A stretch of DNA of 64,000 nucleotides, taken from a bacterium (lineage in GTDB: Bacteria; Patescibacteriota; Minisyncoccia; Phycocordibacterales; DATDWN01). Positions 38,999 to 48,240 of the stretch are shown here, one piece after another. How positions within the stretch are numbered: the first letter of the stretch is position 1; each line of letters opens with the position of its first letter. Location: contig JBAXLH010000001.1 of NCBI GenBank assembly GCA_037134875.1, forward strand, positions 106,646-170,645. The letters run 5' to 3'. The notes under the pieces are model-generated. The model had not been told where the DNA came from. It did not search any database and saw nothing but the letters and a program-made list of their open reading frames with translations. Position numbers and translations under genes: made by a program.

Positions 38999-40537
38999 AT
39001 GAACAAATTCTTTCTGTATGCGAGAAAATCTACCGACGAGCCAGATCGTCAGATTTTGAGTATTGAATCGCAGATTGACGAGTTGAAAGAATTTGCAAAG
39101 CGAGAGCAGTTGGAAATTGTTGAAACTTTTATTGAATCACAAACCGCCAAAGAGCCGGGGCGACCTATTTTCAACAATATGCTCTCGCTTATAGAAAAAG
39201 GTAAAGCGTCAGGAATTTTAGCTTGGCACCCCGATAGATTGGCGAGAAATAGTATTGATGGTGGAAAGATAATCTATCTGTGCGACCTTGGTAAAATTAA
39301 AGAGCTAAAATTCCCGACGTTTTGGTTCGACGCTACGCCACAAGGTAAGTTTATGTTAAATATTGCTTTTGGGCAGAGCAAATACTATGTAGATAATCTT
39401 TCAGAGAATGTGAAGCGCGGACTTCGACAAAAAGTAAGACGAGGCGAACAGAGCGGTCAAGCTCCGACGGGATATGTGAATGATAAGTTGAACAAGAAAA
39501 TTATTCCCGATGTGGAAAGATTTCGCCTCGTCAGGAAAATGTTCGAAGTCTACGCCACGGGAAATTATTCTCTGAAAGATACAAGGAATTTGCTCGCCCA
39601 AAAGGGCTTGGTGTCTAAAAATGGTAAAGTTCTCACTGTTTCAAACACGCAAATGATATTGAAAAATCCGTTCTACTATGGAATGTTTTTCTTTAACAAA
39701 GAACTTTACCAAGGAAAGCACGAGCCAGCGATTTCAAAGAAACTTTTTGATAAATGCGCTGAAGTATCGGCGAGGAATGCTCACCCGATGAAGCGAGGAA
39801 TTAACAAACATATCTTTCGCGGAATACTTTCGTGTGCAGAATGCGGATGTGGTATCACTAGCGAAGTGCAAAAGGGTCATACCTACTATCGTTGCACCAA
39901 AAAGAAAGGTGTCTGCACACAAAAATATATCCGCGAAGAATTCCTCGCCGAACAAGCTAATGATATTATCAAAAAAGTTTCTTTGCCGTCCGAGTGGAAA
40001 GAATTCATGCTCGCTGAACTCGAAAAGGAACAAGCGAGCAGTTTCCACTCTGACGCCCTTTTCGTTCAAAATCTGAAAAATCAAATCAAAAGTGTTGAGG
40101 AGACGCTAGACAAGCTCCTTGACGCTCATTTGGATAGCACAATTACGAGCGAGGAGTATATCGGCAAGAAGCAAAAGCTCCTCAACCAAAAAATTGATTT
40201 TTCAGAGAAATTGAAAGATTTTGAACGAAAAGGCAATCGCTGGCTCGAACTTTCTCGTCAATTCATTTTAGACAGTAACCAAGCCATAATTATCGCTTCC
40301 GAAGAAAATCTCGAAGCCAAAAGAGATTTTCTTAAAAAGATTGGCTCGAACCCCCGCCTCGCGTCCCGCTCGCTTCTTTTGGATTTCAAAAACCCTTGGC
40401 GAATTCTGGCGGAAACCCCAGTCGCGTCGCTTTGCGACGCTCCGAATTTTGGCGAAAAAACGAATTCCGAAACTTGGCTGCGGGACTTGGATTCGAACCA
40501 AGATGACACGATTCAGAGTCGCGTATCCTACCATTAG
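38999..40537 (+). CDS. large serine recombinase (integrase) 2; last ~60 codons read through repeat B' and antisense tRNA-Gln
   Basis: Resolvase domain (FLYARKSTDEPDRQILSIESQ), recombinase domain and zinc ribbon (CAECGCG...YYRC). Confidence 0.8.
   Translation: MNKFFLYARKSTDEPDRQILSIESQIDELKEFAKREQLEIVETFIESQTAKEPGRPIFNNMLSLIEKGKASGILAWHPDRLARNSIDGGKIIYLCDLGKIKELKFPTFWFDATPQGKFMLNIAFGQSKYYVDNLSENVKRGLRQKVRRGEQSGQAPTGYVNDKLNKKIIPDVERFRLVRKMFEVYATGNYSLKDTRNLLAQKGLVSKNGKVLTVSNTQMILKNPFYYGMFFFNKELYQGKHEPAISKKLFDKCAEVSARNAHPMKRGINKHIFRGILSCAECGCGITSEVQKGHTYYRCTKKKGVCTQKYIREEFLAEQANDIIKKVSLPSEWKEFMLAELEKEQASSFHSDALFVQNLKNQIKSVEETLDKLLDAHLDSTITSEEYIGKKQKLLNQKIDFSEKLKDFERKGNRWLELSRQFILDSNQAIIIASEENLEAKRDFLKKIGSNPRLASRSLLLDFKNPWRILAETPVASLCDAPNFGEKTNSETWLRDLDSNQDDTIQSRVSYH
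40349..40480. repeat. inverted repeat B' (right copy), ends at tRNA-Gln CCA terminus
   Basis: Reverse complement of 38783-38914. Confidence 0.8.
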
Positions 40538-40548
40538 ATGATCCCGCA
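40475..40548 (-). tRNA. tRNA-Gln (anticodon CUG)
   Basis: Cloverleaf read by hand. Acceptor UGCGGGA/UCCCGCA, D-arm with GG, anticodon stem CGCGA/UCGUG, loop CUCUGAA, T-arm CUUGG-UUCGAAU-CCAAG. CCA encoded. Confidence 0.8.
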
Positions 40549-40753
40549 ATATAAACGTCATTTCAGAATACCCGAAAATTGACTTTTTTACAAGAAAAAT
40601 GAGACAAGATAAAGGGCGCCACACCCCGCGTGAGTGTTTGGCGCCCGTGCGACTGTTTCCTGAGGGGGAAAGGTCTTTGGCTGGAACGTCGCCCAAAGGG
40701 CCAATTAATACTGACCTGTTCCAGTAATAACTATACCATATCCAGAGACGATT

Positions 40754-41632
40754 TCAACCAGTTATTGATGCCAAAATAATAGCAGAAATGACAGCCAGAA
40801 CAAGACCACATTTCTGATGAAATTTTATTTTTTCTTTGTTGACTGTTAGTCCCAAGATGACTGCAATAATAATGTAGCTTTCGGACAGCGCCACGACAAT
40901 ACCGATCGGGGCGAGAGACATTGCAAATGCAAACGCGACCCACGCAATCTTGTCCGGAATAGACATAAAAAGCAAAATCTTTTTATTCTCAATCATATGT
41001 TTCATCATAGATTTCATTCTGCCTGTAACTAGCAGGAAAATTGCTGTGCCGACAAGTAGAAATAGATCAGAAACAAAATTTGCTGTAATAGGGTCGCTGA
41101 GACGCGCGCTCCAGCCCATCAGAAAATTTGCAGCACCCATAAGTATTGCAGCAAAAAAAGCGATGACTGTTCCCTTTTCAAATAAAATATTTTTGAAATT
41201 AAGTTTGTCTTTGACAGATACCAGAGCGAGACCGACAAGCAAAAATACTATGAGTAGAATTTGTGTAGAGTTTATTCTTTCGCCCAAAATAAAGAAAGCG
41301 AGTAGAGCCGAGACTGGTACCTCAAACGACCAGATAGGTTCTACCACTGCTAGCTTGCCAAGACGGAGAGATTCAAAGTCTAGGAGAGCTGCGATGAAAA
41401 GAATTATGCACAGTATGACGAGTACAATCACAGTACTCAATGATCCGGAGAGAATCGGTCCAATATTTCCGTACGCAAAGGGTAACAAAATAACCGCACT
41501 AAAAAGCGACATAAAAAAGAGAGCTTCCCAACTACCAATTTTTCTGGCAGATTTTTGAATGTAAAAATCGCCAATCCCCCACGCGAGCATTGCTACAAAA
41601 CCGAGCGCAATACCGATATGAATAATACTCAT
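40754..41632 (-). CDS. EamA/DMT-family transporter
   Basis: 10-TM profile with two EamA-like halves. Confidence 0.7.
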   Translation of the reverse strand: MSIIHIGIALGFVAMLAWGIGDFYIQKSARKIGSWEALFFMSLFSAVILLPFAYGNIGPILSGSLSTVIVLVILCIILFIAALLDFESLRLGKLAVVEPIWSFEVPVSALLAFFILGERINSTQILLIVFLLVGLALVSVKDKLNFKNILFEKGTVIAFFAAILMGAANFLMGWSARLSDPITANFVSDLFLLVGTAIFLLVTGRMKSMMKHMIENKKILLFMSIPDKIAWVAFAFAMSLAPIGIVVALSESYIIIAVILGLTVNKEKIKFHQKCGLVLAVISAIILASITG

Positions 41633-41634
41633 AT

Positions 41635-43314
41635 TTATTTTTTATTTTTTAAACACGCTTCAATAAATGCAGAGAAAAGTGGATGTGGATGCAGTGGTCT
41701 AGCTTTGAATTCTGGGTGAAATTGTGTACCGAGCAAAAATGGATGCATATCCTTTGGAAGTTCTGCGATTTCCATAAGTCTGCCGTCGGGAGATGTGCCA
41801 GAAAATACGAGGCCAGCTTTTTCTATTTCCGCGATGTATTCTGGATTGACTTCGTATCGATGTCGGTGACGCTCAGAGACTTCGGTTTTCTCGTCCGCCT
41901 TCGCCAAGGCTTCGGCGGACAAGTATGCTTTTTGTGCTATTGTTCCATCTTTGAGTACGGCAGGATACGCGCCGAGACGCATTGTTGCTCCATATTTATT
42001 TTCCTCCAAAAGTTTTTTCTGCTCTGGCATAATATCAATAACCACATGAGATGCTTTCGGATTTATTTCTGCCGTGTGTGCATCTTTCCAACCGATAACA
42101 TTTCGGCAAAATTCAATCACAGCAAGTTGCATACCGTAGCAGAGACCGAGATATGGAATCTTGTGCACACGAGCATACTCTATCGCCATTATCACACCCT
42201 CGATACCACTCTCACCAAATCCGCCAGGGACAATGATACCATCATAGTTTTTGAGTTCCGATACTTTTTTTGGATCCTGTTCGTAATCCTTTGAGTTTAT
42301 CCACGTGAGCTCTGGTCGCGCATCCTTCCAGTATGATGAAAATTTAATTGCTTCGATGACCGACACGTAGGCATCGGAGAGAACAAAATCTCCTGTATCA
42401 AAATATTTTCCGACGACTGCGATTTTCAATTCCTTTTTCGCGTTCTTTGATTTGTTTACAAATTTCCTCCATTCGTCGAGCTCGCCATTGTGCGCTTTTG
42501 TGCGCATATGAAGTGTTTTCAAAATAACTGATGCGATTTTGTCTTTTTCAAAATTGAGTGGCACGTCATACACACTTTTTATGTCCGGTGCAGAGATAAC
42601 ATTTTCTGGTGGCAAGGCGCACGAGAAAGCAATTTTCTCTTTGCGTTTGTGGTCGAGAGGCAAAGCACTGCGCGCAATAATAATGTCCGGCTGAACACCA
42701 TACGAGTTGAGCTGACGAACGGCGTTTTGTGTTGGGCGGGTTTTCATTTCGCCGAGAGAACCCGGAATAGGCAAGTACGAGACCATAATAAACATCACAT
42801 CTTGTGGATATTTGATCTTGAGAATTCTAGCCGCCTCGATGAACATTATGTTTTGGTAGTCGCCGATTGTTCCGCCGATTTCAATGAGGGAAATGTCCGA
42901 CTCGTGGAGGTCTGCTGACTTTTTCCATCTGCGAATAATCTCCTCTGTGATATGCGGAATCGCTTCCACACATTTGCCACGATAGCCGAGATTGCGTTCC
43001 TTTTCGATCACATATTTGTAGACCATTCCGGAAGTCATATAGTCGTCCGGTCCGAGATTTGCTTCCAAAAATCGCTCGTAGTTGCCCATATCCTGATCTG
43101 TTTCGAGTCCAGAATCAATCACAAATACTTCGCCGTGCTCTGTCGGATTCATATTTCCAGCATCAACATTTAAATAAGGGTCAACCTTTATGGGGTTGAC
43201 CGAGAAGCCTTTGCTTTGAAGGATTTTGCCGACTGATGATGAAGCGATTCCTTTTCCGACTCCTGACATAACGCCACCTACCACAAAAATATACTTATGA
43301 TTTTTCTTTTTCAT
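41635..43314 (-). CDS. pyrG: CTP synthase
   Basis: N-terminal synthetase motif (GGVMSGVGKGI) and C-terminal glutamine amidotransferase domain. Confidence 0.9.
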   Translation of the reverse strand: MKKKNHKYIFVVGGVMSGVGKGIASSSVGKILQSKGFSVNPIKVDPYLNVDAGNMNPTEHGEVFVIDSGLETDQDMGNYERFLEANLGPDDYMTSGMVYKYVIEKERNLGYRGKCVEAIPHITEEIIRRWKKSADLHESDISLIEIGGTIGDYQNIMFIEAARILKIKYPQDVMFIMVSYLPIPGSLGEMKTRPTQNAVRQLNSYGVQPDIIIARSALPLDHKRKEKIAFSCALPPENVISAPDIKSVYDVPLNFEKDKIASVILKTLHMRTKAHNGELDEWRKFVNKSKNAKKELKIAVVGKYFDTGDFVLSDAYVSVIEAIKFSSYWKDARPELTWINSKDYEQDPKKVSELKNYDGIIVPGGFGESGIEGVIMAIEYARVHKIPYLGLCYGMQLAVIEFCRNVIGWKDAHTAEINPKASHVVIDIMPEQKKLLEENKYGATMRLGAYPAVLKDGTIAQKAYLSAEALAKADEKTEVSERHRHRYEVNPEYIAEIEKAGLVFSGTSPDGRLMEIAELPKDMHPFLLGTQFHPEFKARPLHPHPLFSAFIEACLKNKK

Positions 43315-43368
43315 ACTGAATTCCGATTAACCAATAAAAAATAAAACTCCATTAAAAGTTTTGAGGAT

Positions 43369-43469
43369 TTTTGCTCAAGTTCAAGGCGGATGAGAAATTT
43401 GATTGGAGCCGTACTTATGATACGGTGAGAATCAAATTTTGAAATCCAACGCAGAAATTGAGCAAAAAT
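43369..43469. promoter_or_regulatory. ~100-bp imperfect palindrome in ftsX-pyrG spacer (terminator/attenuator candidate; contains hairpin-family copy 3)
   Basis: Outer arms ttttgctcaa/ttgagcaaaa, inner aaatttgatt/aatcaaattt, core ccgta-cttatga-tacgg. Followed by TCCAACGCAGAA at 43445-43456. Confidence 0.35.
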
Positions 43470-43476
43470 ACCAAAA

Positions 43477-44406
43477 CTACACTTTCAAATACTTGCGCAC
43501 AGCTAAATAACTCGATATCGCACCGATCGCAATTCCCGAACCGACAACGATAAGAAATATCTGTCCGAAATTTGCCGTGTAGTAATGAAACAGATTGAGG
43601 CCCACAAAGAAGCTCTCTGTGGTACTGCCGAGCCACAAAGTGACTGGGTAAAAAATAATAAGTGTAATGATGCCCGAGATACATCCATAAATAGCACCTG
43701 CCACAAAGAATGGTCCGCGAATGTAGCCGGTAGAAGCACCGACGAGTCGCATCACGGAAATTTCATCACGCGACATATAAATCACAAGCCGAATCGTGTT
43801 GAATGTAATCAGTATTGAAATAATAATAAGAAGGAGTGTCAGCACAAAGCCAAGCTTGTTTGCCGAGTTTATAATGCTGGTCAGCCGATCAATCGCATCT
43901 TTGTTTTGAGAATAATTTACTTTGTCTATAATACTCGTACCGTCACTCGAGAGTGCGCTCTTGCTCTGCAAAAAGGTTGCAATACTTTCGTACTGTGATG
44001 GATCTTTTGCGCGGATGTTGAGTGTTGCGCCGAGCGGATTGTCACCGAGCTCATCGAGTGCCTGCAGTGTCAGATTGTCATTCTCGTGACGCTTTTTGAA
44101 TTCAGCTAGAGCGACATCTCGCGATGTGTAGATGACCGGCGGAGCGACTTCGGGGAGCTGGTCGAGGCGTTGTTTGATTGTATTGATATCATCCTCGCTC
44201 GCACTACTTGCAAAATAAACATTGATATCAACTTTGTCTTTGAGCGCCTGAAGAGTTGATTTTAAAATAGCTCCGGAGAAAATAGTCGAGCCGATAACAA
44301 AGAGTGTGACTACCATCACAAGGACTGATGACAGAGAAATAAAACCATTTCGCCAAAAACTAAAGAAACCTGATCTGATTATTCTTTTTGTTGTTATCCA
44401 CAGCAT
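43477..44406 (-). CDS. ftsX: cell-division permease FtsX
   Basis: Four-TM ABC permease topology with large periplasmic loop. Follows ftsE. Confidence 0.8.
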   Translation of the reverse strand: MLWITTKRIIRSGFFSFWRNGFISLSSVLVMVVTLFVIGSTIFSGAILKSTLQALKDKVDINVYFASSASEDDINTIKQRLDQLPEVAPPVIYTSRDVALAEFKKRHENDNLTLQALDELGDNPLGATLNIRAKDPSQYESIATFLQSKSALSSDGTSIIDKVNYSQNKDAIDRLTSIINSANKLGFVLTLLLIIISILITFNTIRLVIYMSRDEISVMRLVGASTGYIRGPFFVAGAIYGCISGIITLIIFYPVTLWLGSTTESFFVGLNLFHYYTANFGQIFLIVVGSGIAIGAISSYLAVRKYLKV

Positions 44407-44410
44407 AGTT

Positions 44411-45109
44411 TTAAATTATATATTTACCCTCCATATCATCGCGAATAATTTTGCCGTTTTCCATCGTGATCACGCGCCTGTTCAGAGAATCAATCACGCC
44501 TTTGTTGTGAGTCGTGAGCACCACTGTCGTACCGAGGTCATTTATTTTTTTCAAAATTTGCACGATGTCGTATGTGTTGAGCGGATCAAGATTTCCAGTC
44601 GGCTCGTCGGCAATAATAACATCTGGCTGGTTTACGATGGCACGTGCTATTGCCACTCGCTGTTTCTCTCCACCCGAGAGCTCGTGTGGAAAATTCCAGA
44701 TCTTTTTGCTGAGATCAACAAGCTCGAGCACATGTGGCACATCCGCCTCTATCTCGCTGTCTTCTCTGCCAGCTGCCTCCATTGCGAACGCGATATTTTC
44801 GTACACATTCTTGTCCGGCAACAGTCGAAAATCCTGAAAAACGACACCTACCTTTCGACGAAATTCATTTATTTCTTTTTTTGATAACGAATGAACATTG
44901 GTTGATTCAAAAAAAACTTTTCCTTCGCTTGGCTTTTCTTCGGCCAAAATCATTTTGATGAGAGTTGTTTTGCCGGCACCACTATGACCGACGATGGAGA
45001 CGAATTCTTTTGGTTCGACACTGAATGATACATTTTCCAGAGCGATGGAATTGTCTGGATATACCTTTGAGACCTTATCGAAATAAATCATATGTCCATT
45101 ATAACTCAT
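44411..45109 (-). CDS. ftsE: cell-division ABC ATPase FtsE
   Basis: Walker [13 protein letters not shown] signature LSGGEKQR, Walker B. Confidence 0.9.
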   Translation of the reverse strand: MSYNGHMIYFDKVSKVYPDNSIALENVSFSVEPKEFVSIVGHSGAGKTTLIKMILAEEKPSEGKVFFESTNVHSLSKKEINEFRRKVGVVFQDFRLLPDKNVYENIAFAMEAAGREDSEIEADVPHVLELVDLSKKIWNFPHELSGGEKQRVAIARAIVNQPDVIIADEPTGNLDPLNTYDIVQILKKINDLGTTVVLTTHNKGVIDSLNRRVITMENGKIIRDDMEGKYII

Positions 45110-45129
45110 ATGGCGAGATGCGCAAAACT

Positions 45130-46024
45130 TTATTTGATATCTTTTTCAGCTTCAATAAATTCATCAAGCTCTCCGGCCAAAATCTTGTCCACATTGCCGG
45201 TCTCGACGCCTGTGCGATGATCCTTTACTAGTTTGTATGGATGAAGCACATACGAGCGGATCTGATTCCCCCATTCAATCTGAGTCGTTTTTGAGACGTA
45301 CATACCCTTTTCCTTGGCCACCCTATCCTCCTCAAGCGCTTTGTAGATTTTACCCTTGAGAATCTTGAGCGCAGTCTCTTTATTTTGAGCCTGAGAGCGC
45401 TCCGTTTCGCTGGCCGCCGAAATGTTGGTTGGAATGTGCACAACGCGCACAGCGGTCTCACGCTTGTTTACGTTTTGTCCACCCGGGCCGGATGAGCGCG
45501 AGGTCTCCACACGGATTTCGTCCTCGGGAATTTCAAAATCTGTTACTTTTTCAAATTCCGGAATAACCTCCACCATCGAAAACGATGTGTGACGTTTTGC
45601 ATTTGCATTGAATGGCGAAATACGTACAAGTCGGTGCACACCAGACTCGTTTTTGAGCGTACCATATGCCTGCTTGCCTTTTATTTCGATAGTAATATTT
45701 CGAAACCCACCATGATCGTTTTGATTTTGATGCACAATCGTGACAGCAAAATTTTTTCGCTCGCAAAATTTGAGATACATATCCAAAAGTATTCCAGAAA
45801 AATCCTCGGCGTCGTCTCCACCCGCACCAGAAAAAATAGTCATAAGCGCGTTGCCTTTGTCGTATTTTCCCACACCTTCAATTTCAACTTTCAAGTCTGC
45901 AATTCTACGAATAGTTGCTTGCGCCTTGTCCTTGTCCACCCAAAAATCCGCCGATATCATTTCGGCTTCAAGCACTTCGAGTTCTTTTTTTAAATCTTCT
46001 ATATTTTTTTCCATAATGAGCCAA
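45130..46024 (-). CDS. prfB: peptide chain release factor 2 (N-terminally short, no frameshift site)
   Basis: SPF motif (RISPFNANAKR) and GGQ (SGPGGQNVNK). The supplied ORF's N-terminal extension runs through a tRNA gene; start taken at MEKNIEDL. Confidence 0.8.
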
Positions 46025-46097
46025 AGGAGAGAATCGGACTCTCGTTCCTGCTTTACGAAAGCAGTGTTCTGCCACTGAACTACTTTGGCATAATAAA

Positions 46098-46173
46098 TGG
46101 AGCCGTTGACCGGGATTGAACCGGTGACCTCGTCATTACCAATGGCGTGCTCTACCAACTGAGCTACAACGGC
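46098..46173 (-). tRNA. tRNA-Thr (anticodon GGU)
   Basis: Acceptor GCCGUUG/CAACGGC, D-arm GCUC-AGUUGGUA-GAGC, anticodon loop UUGGUAA, T-arm ACCGG-UUCAAUC-CCGGU. CCA encoded. Confidence 0.8.
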
Positions 46174-46196
46174 TTGCAAAATATATTACATTATTT

Positions 46197-47312
46197 TCAG
46201 ACATTATCCACTCCGATTGCTTCGCTCACATTTTTGAATCCATCGCGGGATAATTTTTCTGACAATCCACGATTGATTTCGCTTATGAGCTGTGGGCCTT
46301 CAAAAATCATTCCGGTAATCATTTGAATCAGTGTCGCACCGTTGCGGATCGCCATATACGCATCGTCAGCAGAGAAAATTCCTCCACAAAAAACATAGAC
46401 AAATTTTGTTGGCTCTTTCTTATACATATATGAGAGCAAATCCATCGCTTTTGGAAACACCATTTTGCCAGACAATCCGCCGTGTGGTGGGATCGGGTCA
46501 AGAACGTCTTTTTGTTCAAATCGTTTTGTCAGGTTGGAACAAATAATTCCGTCTACTTTGTGTTCTCGACTAATTCGCAGAAACTCATCAATCGCCTCTT
46601 TGCTCATATCCGGAGAAATTTTTACAAAAATAGGTTTTTTGGTTTCGATCTTGTCCAGATGAGTCATGAGCTTGTCATAATTTTCCAAAATAACAAACGG
46701 TTGACCGCCGGATGTGTTTGGGCAACTGATATTTACGGTAATGTAGTCAGCTATTCCAAACACCACACCGAAACCGGCAACGTAGTCGGCGATCGCCATA
46801 TCAATGTCCAAATTTTCTTTGCAATTTGTAAACGCGACACTGACACCGAGAGGTAGTCTGCGTTTTTTGCCGTACAATTTTTTCACGAGTACTCCGGCAC
46901 TTTTATTTTTGAGTCCATACCACACACCGAGAGATTTTGATTTCGGCAAACGCCAGAGTCGTGGTCGAGGGTTGCCTTCGTATGGCTTTGCGGTCACAGA
47001 ACCGAGCTCGGCAAATCCAAACCCAACAGAGTCAATAATATCTGTGAGTACACCATCCTTGTCAAAACCAGCAGAAAGTCCCACAGGATTTGCGAATGTA
47101 ATTCCGAGTACATTCTGATTCAACATCAGATTTTTGTATCCAAACATCATTCGTGTCTTCCACCGAGTCAAAGAAAATTTTCCGAGCAGTGTTCCAACAA
47201 ACAAAAAACTGTCATGGATATTTTCCGGATCATTCAAAAAAAGAATCGGTTTCAAAACCCGCGTGTAGAGAAAGTGAATGACCGCATTTCGATATTTATA
47301 ATATGTATTCAT
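46197..47312 (-). CDS. pyrD: dihydroorotate dehydrogenase (class 2, quinone-dependent)
   Basis: GFGFAELGSVTAKPYEGNPRPRLWRL and FMN-binding C-terminal GG motifs. Confidence 0.85.
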   Translation of the reverse strand: MNTYYKYRNAVIHFLYTRVLKPILFLNDPENIHDSFLFVGTLLGKFSLTRWKTRMMFGYKNLMLNQNVLGITFANPVGLSAGFDKDGVLTDIIDSVGFGFAELGSVTAKPYEGNPRPRLWRLPKSKSLGVWYGLKNKSAGVLVKKLYGKKRRLPLGVSVAFTNCKENLDIDMAIADYVAGFGVVFGIADYITVNISCPNTSGGQPFVILENYDKLMTHLDKIETKKPIFVKISPDMSKEAIDEFLRISREHKVDGIICSNLTKRFEQKDVLDPIPPHGGLSGKMVFPKAMDLLSYMYKKEPTKFVYVFCGGIFSADDAYMAIRNGATLIQMITGMIFEGPQLISEINRGLSEKLSRDGFKNVSEAIGVDNV

Positions 47313-47329
47313 TTTTTGAGTATACCATA

Positions 47330-47740
47330 TTACTTTAATCCCTTGCAGTTACCGCCTGGCACGTAGCCAGCTGAGCGAGCATCTGCGATCGAGGCAAACG
47401 TGACCTGATTTTCTGGTTTGATCATTTTGACTGTGCCACACCACGGAAAGTAGTATTTTTTGCCAGACTTTGAACCGATAACCTGCTCACTACCTTGTCC
47501 GGATGCAGGATTTGCACCGGTTTGACCACCCCCTATCCCGGCACTCTGGGAGAGAGAATTTATGGTAGAGCCAGTTTGTGACCCATTTGGGTAAAATATG
47601 CGTACAGGCGTTTTTTGCTCCTCTAGGGCCGAAATACGGCCTAAAGCAAAGAAAATACTGGCCACAACGAGGAGTAAAATAGGGGTATAAAACCGGGCTA
47701 TTTCGGACTTTACTTTTTCTGCGATTTCCTTTATACTCAT
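47330..47740 (-). CDS. hypothetical secreted protein with Ada-like zinc-binding C-terminal domain
   Basis: N-terminal TM helix. C-terminal YYFPWCGTVKMIKPENQVTFASIADARSAGYVPGGNC. Confidence 0.35.
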   Translation of the reverse strand: MSIKEIAEKVKSEIARFYTPILLLVVASIFFALGRISALEEQKTPVRIFYPNGSQTGSTINSLSQSAGIGGGQTGANPASGQGSEQVIGSKSGKKYYFPWCGTVKMIKPENQVTFASIADARSAGYVPGGNCKGLK

Positions 47741-47825
47741 ATCACTGTAATTTTAGCAATTATTTAGATTTATTACGAGGCATACGCAGATGGATGCTAT
47801 TCAAGGTGGACGAAGAAAAAGGCGA

Positions 47826-47875
47826 GGAGATGTACGAGAGTACATTGACGAGAATTTTTCAAGTCCAACGCAGAA
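47826..47875. promoter_or_regulatory. hairpin-family copy 2 + TCCAACGCAGAA motif, upstream of rpmA
   Basis: ggagatgtac-gaga-gtacattgacgagaattttt, then tccaacgcagaa at 47864-47875. Confidence 0.4.
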
Positions 47876-47904
47876 GAGCGCCATATGCGTGAGCCGTAAC
47901 ATTT

Positions 47905-48177
47905 ATGGCACATAAGAAATCCGCAGGTACAACAAAAAACGGTAGAGATTCCAATCCAAAGTATCTCGGCGTCAAAATAACAGAAGGAGACAAAGCACAG
48001 GCAGGATCTGTGATTATTCGCCAGCGTGGTACAGATGTCTTGGCAGGCAAAAACGTCGGCATGGGAAAAGACCACACTCTCTTCGCTCTCACTTCCGGCA
48101 CAGTCAAATTCAGCAAAATGCGAAAAACTCATTTCGACAACACAGTCAAAGTTAAAAAAGTAGTAAATGTTATCTAA
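47905..48177 (+). CDS. rpmA: 50S ribosomal protein L27
   Basis: [16 protein letters not shown]...RQRGT...GKDHTLFAL. Confidence 0.85.
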   Translation: MAHKKSAGTTKNGRDSNPKYLGVKITEGDKAQAGSVIIRQRGTDVLAGKNVGMGKDHTLFALTSGTVKFSKMRKTHFDNTVKVKKVVNVI

Positions 48178-48240
48178 ATCTGTTATACACAAAAAACATT
48201 CTGATCTGCAGAATGTTTTTTTGTATGTGTGGTTTCAATA

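Noticed and set aside
40349-40537. C-terminal ~60 residues of serine recombinase 2
   Set aside because: They are encoded by inverted repeat B' and the antisense strand of tRNA-Gln. This is likely read-through extension rather than functional protein sequence; the core recombinase ends near 40349.
46025-46179. N-terminal extension of the prfB ORF (MQAVVAQLVEHAIGNDEVTGSIPV...)
   Set aside because: This stretch is the antisense translation of tRNA-Thr (46098-46173). The RF2 start was moved to MEKNIEDL.
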